From positions 1 through 38,382 of the IMG/VR virus record IMGVR_UViG_3300032328_000698: DNA of 38,382 bases; one strand, written 5' to 3'. The position numbers and the translations under genes were made by a program. A model generated the notes under the pieces. The model was not told where the DNA came from. It saw only the letters and a list, made by a program, of their open reading frames with translations, and did not search any database. Below, piece by piece: positions 17,804 to 25,319 of this stretch. How positions within the stretch are numbered: position 1 is the first letter of the stretch; every line of letters begins with the position of its first letter. Source of the stretch: a virus. Its lineage: Duplodnaviria; Caudoviricetes.

Positions 17804-18092
17804 CTGTGATCCTTAACTGTGAGTCTTTCTTGATATATGCATGGTCTGATCCATGCTCAATTCTAACATTCTTTACTTCAATAGTTCCCTGTGCAGGAGG
17901 AACCAATTCCCAACGCAGATTGTATTTGCCCGGAGGTGCATTTACTACCAATCGCTCTTCTAAGTATTCCTCTTGCCAGATCCAAGTGCGTTCAGTGAAC
18001 ATTTCATCGCCAACATAAATTCTGTAGTTGGGCGAGGAACCTTGCCATGCTACACTAACATCCGCGCAAACCACCACTGACTGTCGATTCAT
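17790..18092 (-). CDS. Hypothetical beta-rich protein (100 aa)
   Basis: Overlap-coupled to both neighbours. Confidence 0.65.
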   Translation of the reverse strand: MNRQSVVVCADVSVAWQGSSPNYRIYVGDEMFTERTWIWQEEYLEERLVVNAPPGKYNLRWELVPPAQGTIEVKNVRIEHGSDHAYIKKDSQLRITDEST

Positions 18093-18271
18093 TTCCTGGA
18101 AGGATTGTGTTTGGAATCACGCGATCCTTCTGTCTTAGGCTTCTTACCAGCTTTTTTCATTGAGATAGCGATAGCGGCCTGCTGAGCTGCCGTGGCTGCT
18201 TCCTCTACATCTTTTTCACCCAAGAAGCCCATGCCCTCAGTTTGTGGTCGGAACAGTTCAAATATCAGCAT
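18089..18271 (-). CDS. Small basic protein (60 aa)
   Basis: MLIFELF...QTEG...DVEEAATAAQQAAIAISMKKAGKKPK; fills the intergenic gap. Confidence 0.6.
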   Translation of the reverse strand: MLIFELFRPQTEGMGFLGEKDVEEAATAAQQAAIAISMKKAGKKPKTEGSRDSKHNPSRK

Positions 18272-18273
18272 GA

Positions 18274-19959
18274 TTATGCAAATGCGGTCAGCAACGAGTT
18301 GGCCAACGCTATGCGGCGTCTGATTGCTGCGCCGCCACTGCGTTCATAGAATTCATCTACTATCTCTGCGGCTTCGGCTGCTGTGGTGGCCTGCTTGAGC
18401 AGTCTACCTGCTTTGGCTTCTTTATTGTTCAGTTCATGCTGTACAAATTTCAATTGATCTATCAGGCTGGAACCTTTAATCGGCCGGCCCATCTCCTGTT
18501 CAAAGTCCCGTTTTCTACTTCCGCGCCATTGTGCGATACCGTATGCTCCGCTATTTTCAGCAGCAGGATCAATATGGTCATATGATTCTGCCTGCAGGTT
18601 GGCCACAAGACCTGCTGCCTGTTCTGGTGTCCATCCTTGATCAAGGAAAAACTCCATGGCAATTTTAGGATTGCCTGTTGATGTAGTTGTTGTGAGTTTT
18701 TCTGCCCGATCGGGAATTCTAGTGCTGCCTTGGCGTTTTGTTCGGCCGCCTGGCACAGCCACTTGCCCGGTGGGTATCCGGATCACATCACCGGGGTAGA
18801 TACGATCAGGATTGGCTATGGCATTGAGTTTCACAATAGCATCCACAGTGGTCGAGTTATCTCGTGCTATCTTACCCAAGGTATCACCACGCTGTACAGT
18901 GATGGATTTTGTGGAACCTTCTGAGATCAATTCCATCCCGGATAATCGTAATATCCTGTTGAGTTCTGCTGTTTCGGTTGTTGCTGCTCGTTGTGCTTGT
19001 TGTGCCGGATCCTGACTCATTGGATTGGCTGCAGGTGCATCGCCGGCTGCCGCTTGTGCTTCTCCTGCATTCCCGTCGTTGGCCGATTGTGCAGTTGCCA
19101 ACTTGTCATACTCTTCACCAGTTTCTGGATTGATGGCTTTTTCAGTCTTGGGTAACCCGGCATTTTTTTTCATCTGCTCAAGTTCGTCAGGACTGTAACC
19201 TAGTTGTTCAGGACCATCATCCGTTGCTGCTGCGGCAGTTTTGGGAGCCACAGATGGGTTGTTCATGCCCGATCCATATCCGCCTTTCATTGGTGCAGGC
19301 GCTGCACCTGCCGCTGCGGCTGGTTCACTAAAGGCTTTCGGTGCTGGTAGTGGAGTTGCCTGTATCTTAGACGACGGTACTGGACTAGTTTGTACGCTCG
19401 GGGCAGGTGCTGCTGCTGGTACTGCTGCCGCCGGAGCAGGTGCTGCCGGTGCCGGTGTTGGTGCTGTTGAGCCGCCAGGTTGAAATCCCAGTTCGTTGGG
19501 TGTCTTAAAACGGTTGCCAATCACTGCAGGATCCACTTCGCCCACTTCTGCATCAGCATCAAAGTCTGCCCCACGGCGTGGTGCTGCTGCTCTTGCTGCT
19601 CGCTCTACTTCTTGAGCACCACCGCTGGCTATAGGGTTTCCATTACGATCAGTTAGTCCTCCTACCACAGCAGGATTGTCTTTCATGTATCTGTTGATTT
19701 CTTGTTGGGTAGCAGGTGCCATTCCTGCTCGTTGTCTTTGTACAGGATCAATACCAGTGTATCCTGATTTTACTGCTGCATCTTGCTGATTACTAGCAGT
19801 GTAATCAGGAAGAGCCACAGGTTCTTTAAGGCCTATTTTGTTGCTGATGTATTTTCCTGCGTTTTTCAACCAATCAGGAGTCTGTGCCGGTGCTGCTGCT
19901 GGCTCATCATCCGATGACCCGTTGCGCCCTCTTTCATTTAAAAATTCTTTTGATAACAT
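18274..19959 (-). CDS. LysM plus phage tail-type lysozyme protein with Ala/Pro-rich N-terminal region
   Basis: LysM ITVQRGDTLGKIA...NAIANPDRIYPGDVIRIP; lysozyme domain GWTPEQAAGLVANLQAES...GAYGIAQWRGSR...QLKF..HEL...YER; leader MLSKEFLNE. Confidence 0.85.
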   Translation of the reverse strand: MLSKEFLNERGRNGSSDDEPAAAPAQTPDWLKNAGKYISNKIGLKEPVALPDYTASNQQDAAVKSGYTGIDPVQRQRAGMAPATQQEINRYMKDNPAVVGGLTDRNGNPIASGGAQEVERAARAAAPRRGADFDADAEVGEVDPAVIGNRFKTPNELGFQPGGSTAPTPAPAAPAPAAAVPAAAPAPSVQTSPVPSSKIQATPLPAPKAFSEPAAAAGAAPAPMKGGYGSGMNNPSVAPKTAAAATDDGPEQLGYSPDELEQMKKNAGLPKTEKAINPETGEEYDKLATAQSANDGNAGEAQAAAGDAPAANPMSQDPAQQAQRAATTETAELNRILRLSGMELISEGSTKSITVQRGDTLGKIARDNSTTVDAIVKLNAIANPDRIYPGDVIRIPTGQVAVPGGRTKRQGSTRIPDRAEKLTTTTSTGNPKIAMEFFLDQGWTPEQAAGLVANLQAESYDHIDPAAENSGAYGIAQWRGSRKRDFEQEMGRPIKGSSLIDQLKFVQHELNNKEAKAGRLLKQATTAAEAAEIVDEFYERSGGAAIRRRIALANSLLTAFA

Positions 19960-19980
19960 GATACTGTTTCCTTGATAGTC

Positions 19981-19987
19981 TATTTAT
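19981..19987 (-). promoter_or_regulatory. T4-like late-promoter motif ATAAATA
   Basis: Intergenic; followed by AAGGA SD and the ATG at 19959. Confidence 0.5.
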
Positions 19988-19988
19988 T

Positions 19989-20192
19989 CTATTTGCCCTG
20001 ACTGGCCAATCTAGCACCATTGTTGAAACTGTTACTATGGCTCATTGCAGTGCGGTTTCCGCGGGCTTTTGACCATGCGTATCCGGCTCTGTGCCCGGAA
20101 CAATCTTTTGTACAAGGGCTGCCCAAGAAGGTAAGTTCATCAAGTTCTTGAGGAACAGGTTTTTTCTTGCGGACAAATTCTCTTGCTCTCAT
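19989..20192 (-). CDS. Small protein with MRAREFV leader and CTKDCSGHRAGYAW motif
   Basis: Start reassigned to 20192 (ATGA overlap); LDE precedes the Cys/His domain. Confidence 0.65.
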   Translation of the reverse strand: MRAREFVRKKKPVPQELDELTFLGSPCTKDCSGHRAGYAWSKARGNRTAMSHSNSFNNGARLASQGK

Positions 20193-20605
20193 GTGCGATC
20201 CCAAGGATATTTCATTTTTTTCTGCGTTGTGGTGTAGTCATCAGGCAGTGGTCCAAATGGATCCTGCACAAGACCAGCATCTCGTTGCGAATTGGCCATA
20301 TCAAGACTGCCACCTAATACCCACCCTCCGGGCCCCGGCACTAGATAACCAGCAGCAGCCAATACGGAGATCACAGCACCGGTCCGGTCACCGGCTTGCC
20401 AACGATCATACGCTTCTGCCGCACTCATTACAGTACCTACTATTGGCGCATATTTTAATGCGGCTTTACCCATGCGTTTGGCCAGAGGTGGAGGTGGTGG
20501 AGGCGGCGGACCTTTTGTCCAGGCCTTGGTACCCATGCCTGCTCGCTGTGCTGCTTGCTGGGCTGGTGTAAAAGTATCTTCACGGACAAATTCTTGTGCT
20601 TTCAT
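20189..20605 (-). CDS. Hypothetical protein with MKAQEFVRE leader and Gly-rich hydrophobic segments
   Basis: Start reassigned to 20605 (GGAG SD); poly-Pro followed by a glycine-zipper-like hydrophobic hairpin. Confidence 0.6.
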   Translation of the reverse strand: MKAQEFVREDTFTPAQQAAQRAGMGTKAWTKGPPPPPPPPLAKRMGKAALKYAPIVGTVMSAAEAYDRWQAGDRTGAVISVLAAAGYLVPGPGGWVLGGSLDMANSQRDAGLVQDPFGPLPDDYTTTQKKMKYPWDRT

Positions 20606-20606
20606 A

Positions 20607-21689
20607 CTAAGTCTCCAGATATTTTTCAAAAAACGGAACAGCAGCAGGAAAAGTCTGTTTCCAATCTAGATTTCTGCGTTGATCCCACACCCTTAGATGT
20701 TCAAGAAACTCTAGTGAAGGAGTCCTACCCTTTCGGAAATGATTTGTTAGATACTCATAACCGGCATGCTTTTCACATAGATATTCTACTGCGTCGGGTG
20801 GCAGTGATTTCAAATCCATGACCCCAACACAAGGATTTATGTTTATATGAAATCTCGGATCATCTTTGAAATAACTATTTGCCCAATCTACTAGTTCATC
20901 AACATAAAAAGCATTTAACGGATTTAAAGTCATGCAGAAATGAAATGAAGATTTTATTTTTTCGTTTTTTCTATTATCGTCAATGACCGACACGATTTTT
21001 TTCCATTGCAACGGATATCTTAGATAGTGAAATCGGTCCTCGATACCATCAATGCTGTAACTAAATTTTACATTTTTAAAACAAGCAAGTAATTCAGTCT
21101 GACGGTCAGACAGACTGGTGCTGCCATTGGTAGTTAATGTTAGTTGAATATTTTGCGAGATACCCAATTCGACCAATCGATCCATGACCAATAGATTTGC
21201 TTTAGAAATCAACGGCTCCCCGCCTAAAAAGTTTATATCCTCAACATGCGAAAGATCAAATCGATCAAATAATTCGTCGACCACTTTCTGATCATCCTGC
21301 GAATCAGGATAGTCAGCAGCAGTTTTAATATTGAATTTTTTGTTCTGTTCTTGCCATAGTGAACTATACGAATCACTACACATTAAACATGCTGCATTGC
21401 ACTTTTTATCTAGAGAAAATTCTATAGAGACAGGATGAGTATGATCCACATCTGGAATCCGACGGATTGCTCTGTTAGGACCATAACTACCATAGTTAAC
21501 ATCTCCACTCACATGATATGAGCAGCGTTGGCAGTCAGTTGCATTGTGATATTGAGACATGATCGAATCAATCTTTGGATCATTTATTGAAACACGGGGA
21601 ATAAAACAACATGGACTAATTGCCAATTCTCCATACCATGAGTCTAATCGCAATCCATTGCTTAGAAAACGACAAAAACTATTAGACAT
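20607..21689 (-). CDS. Radical SAM protein
   Basis: CNAACLMC, FLGGEPL, LTTNGS, SIDG; N-terminal FC...SPCC...CQRC; same architecture as ORF 3177-4409. Confidence 0.85.
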   Translation of the reverse strand: MSNSFCRFLSNGLRLDSWYGELAISPCCFIPRVSINDPKIDSIMSQYHNATDCQRCSYHVSGDVNYGSYGPNRAIRRIPDVDHTHPVSIEFSLDKKCNAACLMCSDSYSSLWQEQNKKFNIKTAADYPDSQDDQKVVDELFDRFDLSHVEDINFLGGEPLISKANLLVMDRLVELGISQNIQLTLTTNGSTSLSDRQTELLACFKNVKFSYSIDGIEDRFHYLRYPLQWKKIVSVIDDNRKNEKIKSSFHFCMTLNPLNAFYVDELVDWANSYFKDDPRFHININPCVGVMDLKSLPPDAVEYLCEKHAGYEYLTNHFRKGRTPSLEFLEHLRVWDQRRNLDWKQTFPAAVPFFEKYLET

Positions 21690-21701
21690 AGTGATATACT
21701 C

Positions 21702-22181
21702 TCATTCGGCATCCCCAAATATTGGGCCACCTATGAACTGTCCATTCTGACTCAACACACCATTGCGTAACTGTCGGATGATGGAGTCGGTGATGTCTCT
21801 GCGGCGAAAGTGTGGCAAAAAGATATGTGTTTCCACAGGTTCATCATTGTTTTCTTCTTGTATGGCATACATCCTGTGTCGCCCGTCATGATCTCTCACC
21901 CGAGCTTCCATGCTGAAGTCACCATCTTCCCACTCGGGTGGCACTGCTATGGTAAGGAATGGTGCACCGAATCCTTGATCGTTGATCTGTTTCTTTAAGT
22001 GATTGATAGTCTCGCGTTCTTCTGGTGAGTTCTTGTCCAAGGGCAAGCTGAGATTGAGGAATGTGCTGGGCCTCATCACTGTTCGTAGACCATGATAATC
22101 CACACTGGCATTGTGCGGCACAGCACCAAGACCTCGCCGGTTGTCTATCTTTAGTTCAGTGATGAATTCAGTGGCTCTCAT
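21702..22181 (-). CDS. ParB/Srx-like domain protein with MRATEFITE leader
   Basis: APFL...VRDHDGRHRMYAI matches the ParB-N DGxHR motif. Confidence 0.6.
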   Translation of the reverse strand: MRATEFITELKIDNRRGLGAVPHNASVDYHGLRTVMRPSTFLNLSLPLDKNSPEERETINHLKKQINDQGFGAPFLTIAVPPEWEDGDFSMEARVRDHDGRHRMYAIQEENNDEPVETHIFLPHFRRRDITDSIIRQLRNGVLSQNGQFIGGPIFGDAE

Positions 22182-22381
22182 TCGTCTATCCTATGCACAT
22201 TAGTAACTATGCTGTCTTTGCCATATTGAGCTTGCAGTAACAGCCGAGCCATGGCTGGTGATTTAGCAAATATGGCCACATCTACACTGGTGGTATAAGA
22301 GGGATTTTTCACCCGCACAGATGCACCATACACATGGAATCCTGGAAGTAAATCTTCGCGGAGGAATTCCTTGGCTCTCAT
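22178..22381 (-). CDS. Small protein with MRAKEFLRE leader
   Basis: Start reassigned to 22381 (TGATG overlap). Confidence 0.65.
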   Translation of the reverse strand: MRAKEFLREDLLPGFHVYGASVRVKNPSYTTSVDVAIFAKSPAMARLLLQAQYGKDSIVTNVHRIDE

Positions 22382-23067
22382 CAGCAGTTCCACTTTCTCA
22401 ATGCTAGTGCTTTGCGTGTGGGTTTGCCGTTGGGCTTCTTCATTGGACCTTTGACTCCGCCCATCCTGGCACAGAAACTTTTACGGCGTTTGGCTGCTTT
22501 TGATCCGGGCTTGAGTTTTGAGGGCTTGGTGGTCACTGCCATCTGTAGTTTAGATCCGGGATTCTCTCTGCGATAACTGGCCACACCTTTGGCATTGAGT
22601 CCGCCTTTTTTGCTCTTGCCTGCGCTTCTGCGCCAGGCTGCTGTTTCAAACAGTTCGTGATCATCTACTGATTCAAAGTCTTCCCAGATCTCATCAGCAT
22701 CCACACCATGTGCTTCGGCCAATTCCATGACCATTTCTTCTATGATATCAAACTGTTGATCGGGGTCAAGATCTTCGGTGATTGATTCCTTTGGTACACA
22801 ATTAGGAACCATTCGTCCTCCTTTGTTTTTCATACCAACTTGTTTGTGTGTGTCCCAACATTTTTCATTTAGATTGTCTTTTGAATGATCACCATGTGTT
22901 TGGCACATGCCACAGTCAGGACATGTCATTTCCGTCTCAACTGATTCATTGTGTTTCTTCTTACCTGCACAGTGGGCCCGCTGGCTAAAGCCTTTTGGAT
23001 GTGAGCAGTTGATGCTGCTTTTGTATTTTTGGCTCCAACCTTCGTTGACGAATTCACTTGCTTTCAT
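22381..23067 (-). CDS. Modular protein with MKASEFVNE leader and C-terminal basic DUF6321-like domain
   Basis: Modules: WSQKYKSSINCSHPKGFSQRAHC; CPDCGMC; KCW...MVPNCVP; AWRRSAGK..KGGLN.KG..SY...RRKSFCARM...LRKWNC. Separated by x-x-E linkers. Confidence 0.7.
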   Translation of the reverse strand: MKASEFVNEGWSQKYKSSINCSHPKGFSQRAHCAGKKKHNESVETEMTCPDCGMCQTHGDHSKDNLNEKCWDTHKQVGMKNKGGRMVPNCVPKESITEDLDPDQQFDIIEEMVMELAEAHGVDADEIWEDFESVDDHELFETAAWRRSAGKSKKGGLNAKGVASYRRENPGSKLQMAVTTKPSKLKPGSKAAKRRKSFCARMGGVKGPMKKPNGKPTRKALALRKWNC

Positions 23068-23083
23068 TTACATCACCTTCTTT
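23063..23083. repeat. 21-bp direct repeat, copy 1 (ttcatttacatcaccttcttt)
   Basis: Identical to 23769-23789; similarity extends imperfectly about 12 bp leftward. Confidence 0.85.
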
Positions 23084-23773
23084 TCATGATATTTTACTGT
23101 TGAATCCTTGCACACGAGTGGTGCGCTCGGGATCCGGTGCCGATTGTTTCGGTGCCGAGGGCAGATATTTTTCGATGGATCTGCGTGTGAGATCGCCCAG
23201 CACACCATCCACATCAAGATTGGCCTTGTATTTTTTGTTCAACACATGTTGTATCTTTCTCACAGCATCTGGTGACAATGTGTTGGACTCATTCACAGCA
23301 CTTTCGCTCTTGTTGCCATAGTTGGCAGCGCCTTTTTTGCGGCATTGTACCAAGCGTCCCGACGCATAAGCACTGGGCCATACTTTTGCACTGGCTTTGA
23401 CCTTGTAGTAGCAGGCATCTTTCTTTTCCATCAAAGAACCGTATTCATACAGCGGGCCTCCGCAATGCGGGCATGTATCGTGACTTTCTTTTACCCGTTT
23501 TTTGGTGGGCACATTGATAGCAGCACCGCGACGATCTGGATTGGGATCTTGTCTACGCTTTCTTGCTGCTGCTGATGCACGCCCTTTCTTGCCCAGTGCG
23601 TGCGCCTTGGCCTGTGGCAAACATTTGGGCTTGCCTTCTGATTCTGATCCTCTAGCACAGTCACCACGGATCTTGCCGTCGGGACCAAATCTCACCCATT
23701 TTTCTTTGAACCAGTCTCGTAGATTTTCTTCCAACTGCTGGATTTCTTCTGTGATAAATTCGCTTGACTTCAT
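23084..23773 (-). CDS. Modular protein with MKSSEFITE leader and C-terminal peptidoglycan-binding-like domain
   Basis: Modules LRDWFKEKWV, CPHCGG and KKDACYYKVK...WPSAYASG; C-terminal VRKIQHVLN...LDVDGVLGDLTRRSI matches the PG_binding_1 pattern. Confidence 0.7.
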   Translation of the reverse strand: MKSSEFITEEIQQLEENLRDWFKEKWVRFGPDGKIRGDCARGSESEGKPKCLPQAKAHALGKKGRASAAARKRRQDPNPDRRGAAINVPTKKRVKESHDTCPHCGGPLYEYGSLMEKKDACYYKVKASAKVWPSAYASGRLVQCRKKGAANYGNKSESAVNESNTLSPDAVRKIQHVLNKKYKANLDVDGVLGDLTRRSIEKYLPSAPKQSAPDPERTTRVQGFNSKIS

Positions 23774-23789
23774 TTACATCACCTTCTTT
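23769..23789. repeat. 21-bp direct repeat, copy 2
   Basis: Identical to 23063-23083. Confidence 0.85.
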
Positions 23790-24202
23790 CCGCGATCTTT
23801 TTCAGTGATAGGACCGCCCACTACCCAAGCAGCACAGGTCCTTGTGCCGGCACATTTGAAGTGCAAAAAGTTGCAGTAGCCCAGATCACTCAAGTTTATT
23901 GTTGCCGCAGCATCCACATGTGAGTCATCACCGCGGATTCCGGACTCGATACATTTTCGCATGGTATCACTGGCATCAAATGCAGCACAGTTTCCGCACA
24001 GCATGGTCTTGACAGTTTTTTCTGGCACGGCCCACCGGCCCGCTGCTTTTTTCCAATAATCGCCGGGCTGCAAGGGGTTTGCCGGGCCGTAGTGATAATC
24101 ATCTATGGCTGCTTGACGATTCTTGAGATTGAGTTCAATGTCATGCGTGGCTACCGGACAACCTTTTTCCACTGCTTCAACAAGTCTAATAAAGTTTCTC
24201 AT
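23774..24202 (-). CDS. Cys-rich hypothetical protein
   Basis: CPVATHD...YGPANP...CGNCAAF...LGYC...FKCA..RTC.AW; start reassigned to MRNFIRLVE (24202). Confidence 0.7.
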   Translation of the reverse strand: MRNFIRLVEAVEKGCPVATHDIELNLKNRQAAIDDYHYGPANPLQPGDYWKKAAGRWAVPEKTVKTMLCGNCAAFDASDTMRKCIESGIRGDDSHVDAAATINLSDLGYCNFLHFKCAGTRTCAAWVVGGPITEKDRGKKVM

Positions 24203-24206
24203 GTGC

Positions 24207-24743
24207 TTATTTAACCCCAATGCGTAATACACTTCGATAGCGAGTCTCTGGATCTCGAGCCTTTCTTGTGCCTTGATACAAGGTCCTGCTGAGATCATAT
24301 TGATCAAGATCATGATCCACATCGTCTCGGCTCTGCAGGGCCACTAACACACCCTGGGGTATGTGATCAAACCACCCGCGATTTGCCATGTCATGACAAC
24401 TTGTGTTGATCACCAATCCATCCTGATCCAGTTGCCTGTAATCCAGTTCGTTAGCATCTTTGATCATGGGTTCGATTCTATCGTCAATGTTCAAGATTCG
24501 GGCTATGCGTTGTGCCTCGCGCACTACCCGAGGGTCTGTATCTACATTCACAATGTGGTCGTACTGTATATTGCTCTTGGCCAACAGTATGCTCATGTTT
24601 CCATACCATGAACCTAACACATAAATGGTGCTGAACCGATCCTGTATCTTTTGGAGTTCGTGTAGCAACCACAGTTTGTTTAGGATCAAGCCTGATTCAA
24701 AACTACCACGCAAGGTGGGCGGGCTGAACTCTAGTAGTCTCAT
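24207..24743 (-). CDS. Class I SAM-dependent methyltransferase-like protein
   Basis: Motif I IYVLGSWYG, acidic motif II NVDTD, KDANEL, VINTSC. Confidence 0.7.
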   Translation of the reverse strand: MRLLEFSPPTLRGSFESGLILNKLWLLHELQKIQDRFSTIYVLGSWYGNMSILLAKSNIQYDHIVNVDTDPRVVREAQRIARILNIDDRIEPMIKDANELDYRQLDQDGLVINTSCHDMANRGWFDHIPQGVLVALQSRDDVDHDLDQYDLSRTLYQGTRKARDPETRYRSVLRIGVK

Positions 24744-24745
24744 GC

Positions 24746-25309
24746 TTATCTTAATAGTTGTGCCAGTGGGTCGGGGTTTAACATTCCGGCACCACCACTC
24801 ATACTACGGCCGCCGCTGCCGAGCCCACCACCACCACTCATGCCCCCACTCATGCCGCCACCGCTGCCACCACCGGTTTTCTTTGCTGTTGGTTCTCGAG
24901 GTTCCGGTGCAATTTTCCTCACGGCATTTTGTGCTATTTTTGCAAAACTGTTTGAAGGGTTTCCTGCAGATGCTGTGCTTGGGATATCAATGATCTTAGT
25001 GCGGCCATCCGGGTGTGGACGACCATTTATCACAGTGATTAGCCCAACAACAAGGTATTTGGTCCTCAACCGGCTCATACCAAGACTTATATTGGCTTGT
25101 GGGTCATGAATATACACTTGTTCCATGGGTGACAACTTGCCGAGTTCGGGCGCTACTGAATTTACTTTTTTAACTACCTGATCAATCAACTCATAGTTGA
25201 TGCGTCGTTTGTCTGCTTGATCATAAGCATGGTCATTCACAGACAACTCAACATCGGGCAGAAAGATACTTCCTACAAAAACTTCGTTGATGATTTCATG
25301 TGCTCTCAT
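24746..25309 (-). CDS. Hypothetical protein with MRAHEIINE leader and Gly-rich tail
   Basis: HAYDQADKR resembles the HA..R..ER start of small RelE-like/DUF4258 folds (weak); C-terminal GGMSGG repeats. Confidence 0.6.
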   Translation of the reverse strand: MRAHEIINEVFVGSIFLPDVELSVNDHAYDQADKRRINYELIDQVVKKVNSVAPELGKLSPMEQVYIHDPQANISLGMSRLRTKYLVVGLITVINGRPHPDGRTKIIDIPSTASAGNPSNSFAKIAQNAVRKIAPEPREPTAKKTGGGSGGGMSGGMSGGGGLGSGGRSMSGGAGMLNPDPLAQLLR

Positions 25310-25313
25310 GTTA

Positions 25314-25319
25314 TATTTA
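25314..25319 (-). promoter_or_regulatory. Late-promoter core TAAATA
   Basis: 4 nt upstream of the ATG at 25309; overlaps the TAA stop of the 2560-aa gene. Confidence 0.5.

Noticed and set aside
19230-19480. GCT/GCA/CCG-rich quasi-repeats
   Set aside because: They code for the Ala/Pro linker of the lysozyme protein.
24790-24875. ccaccactcat-type short repeats
   Set aside because: They encode a Gly/Ser/Met low-complexity tail; not a CRISPR array or regulatory repeat.
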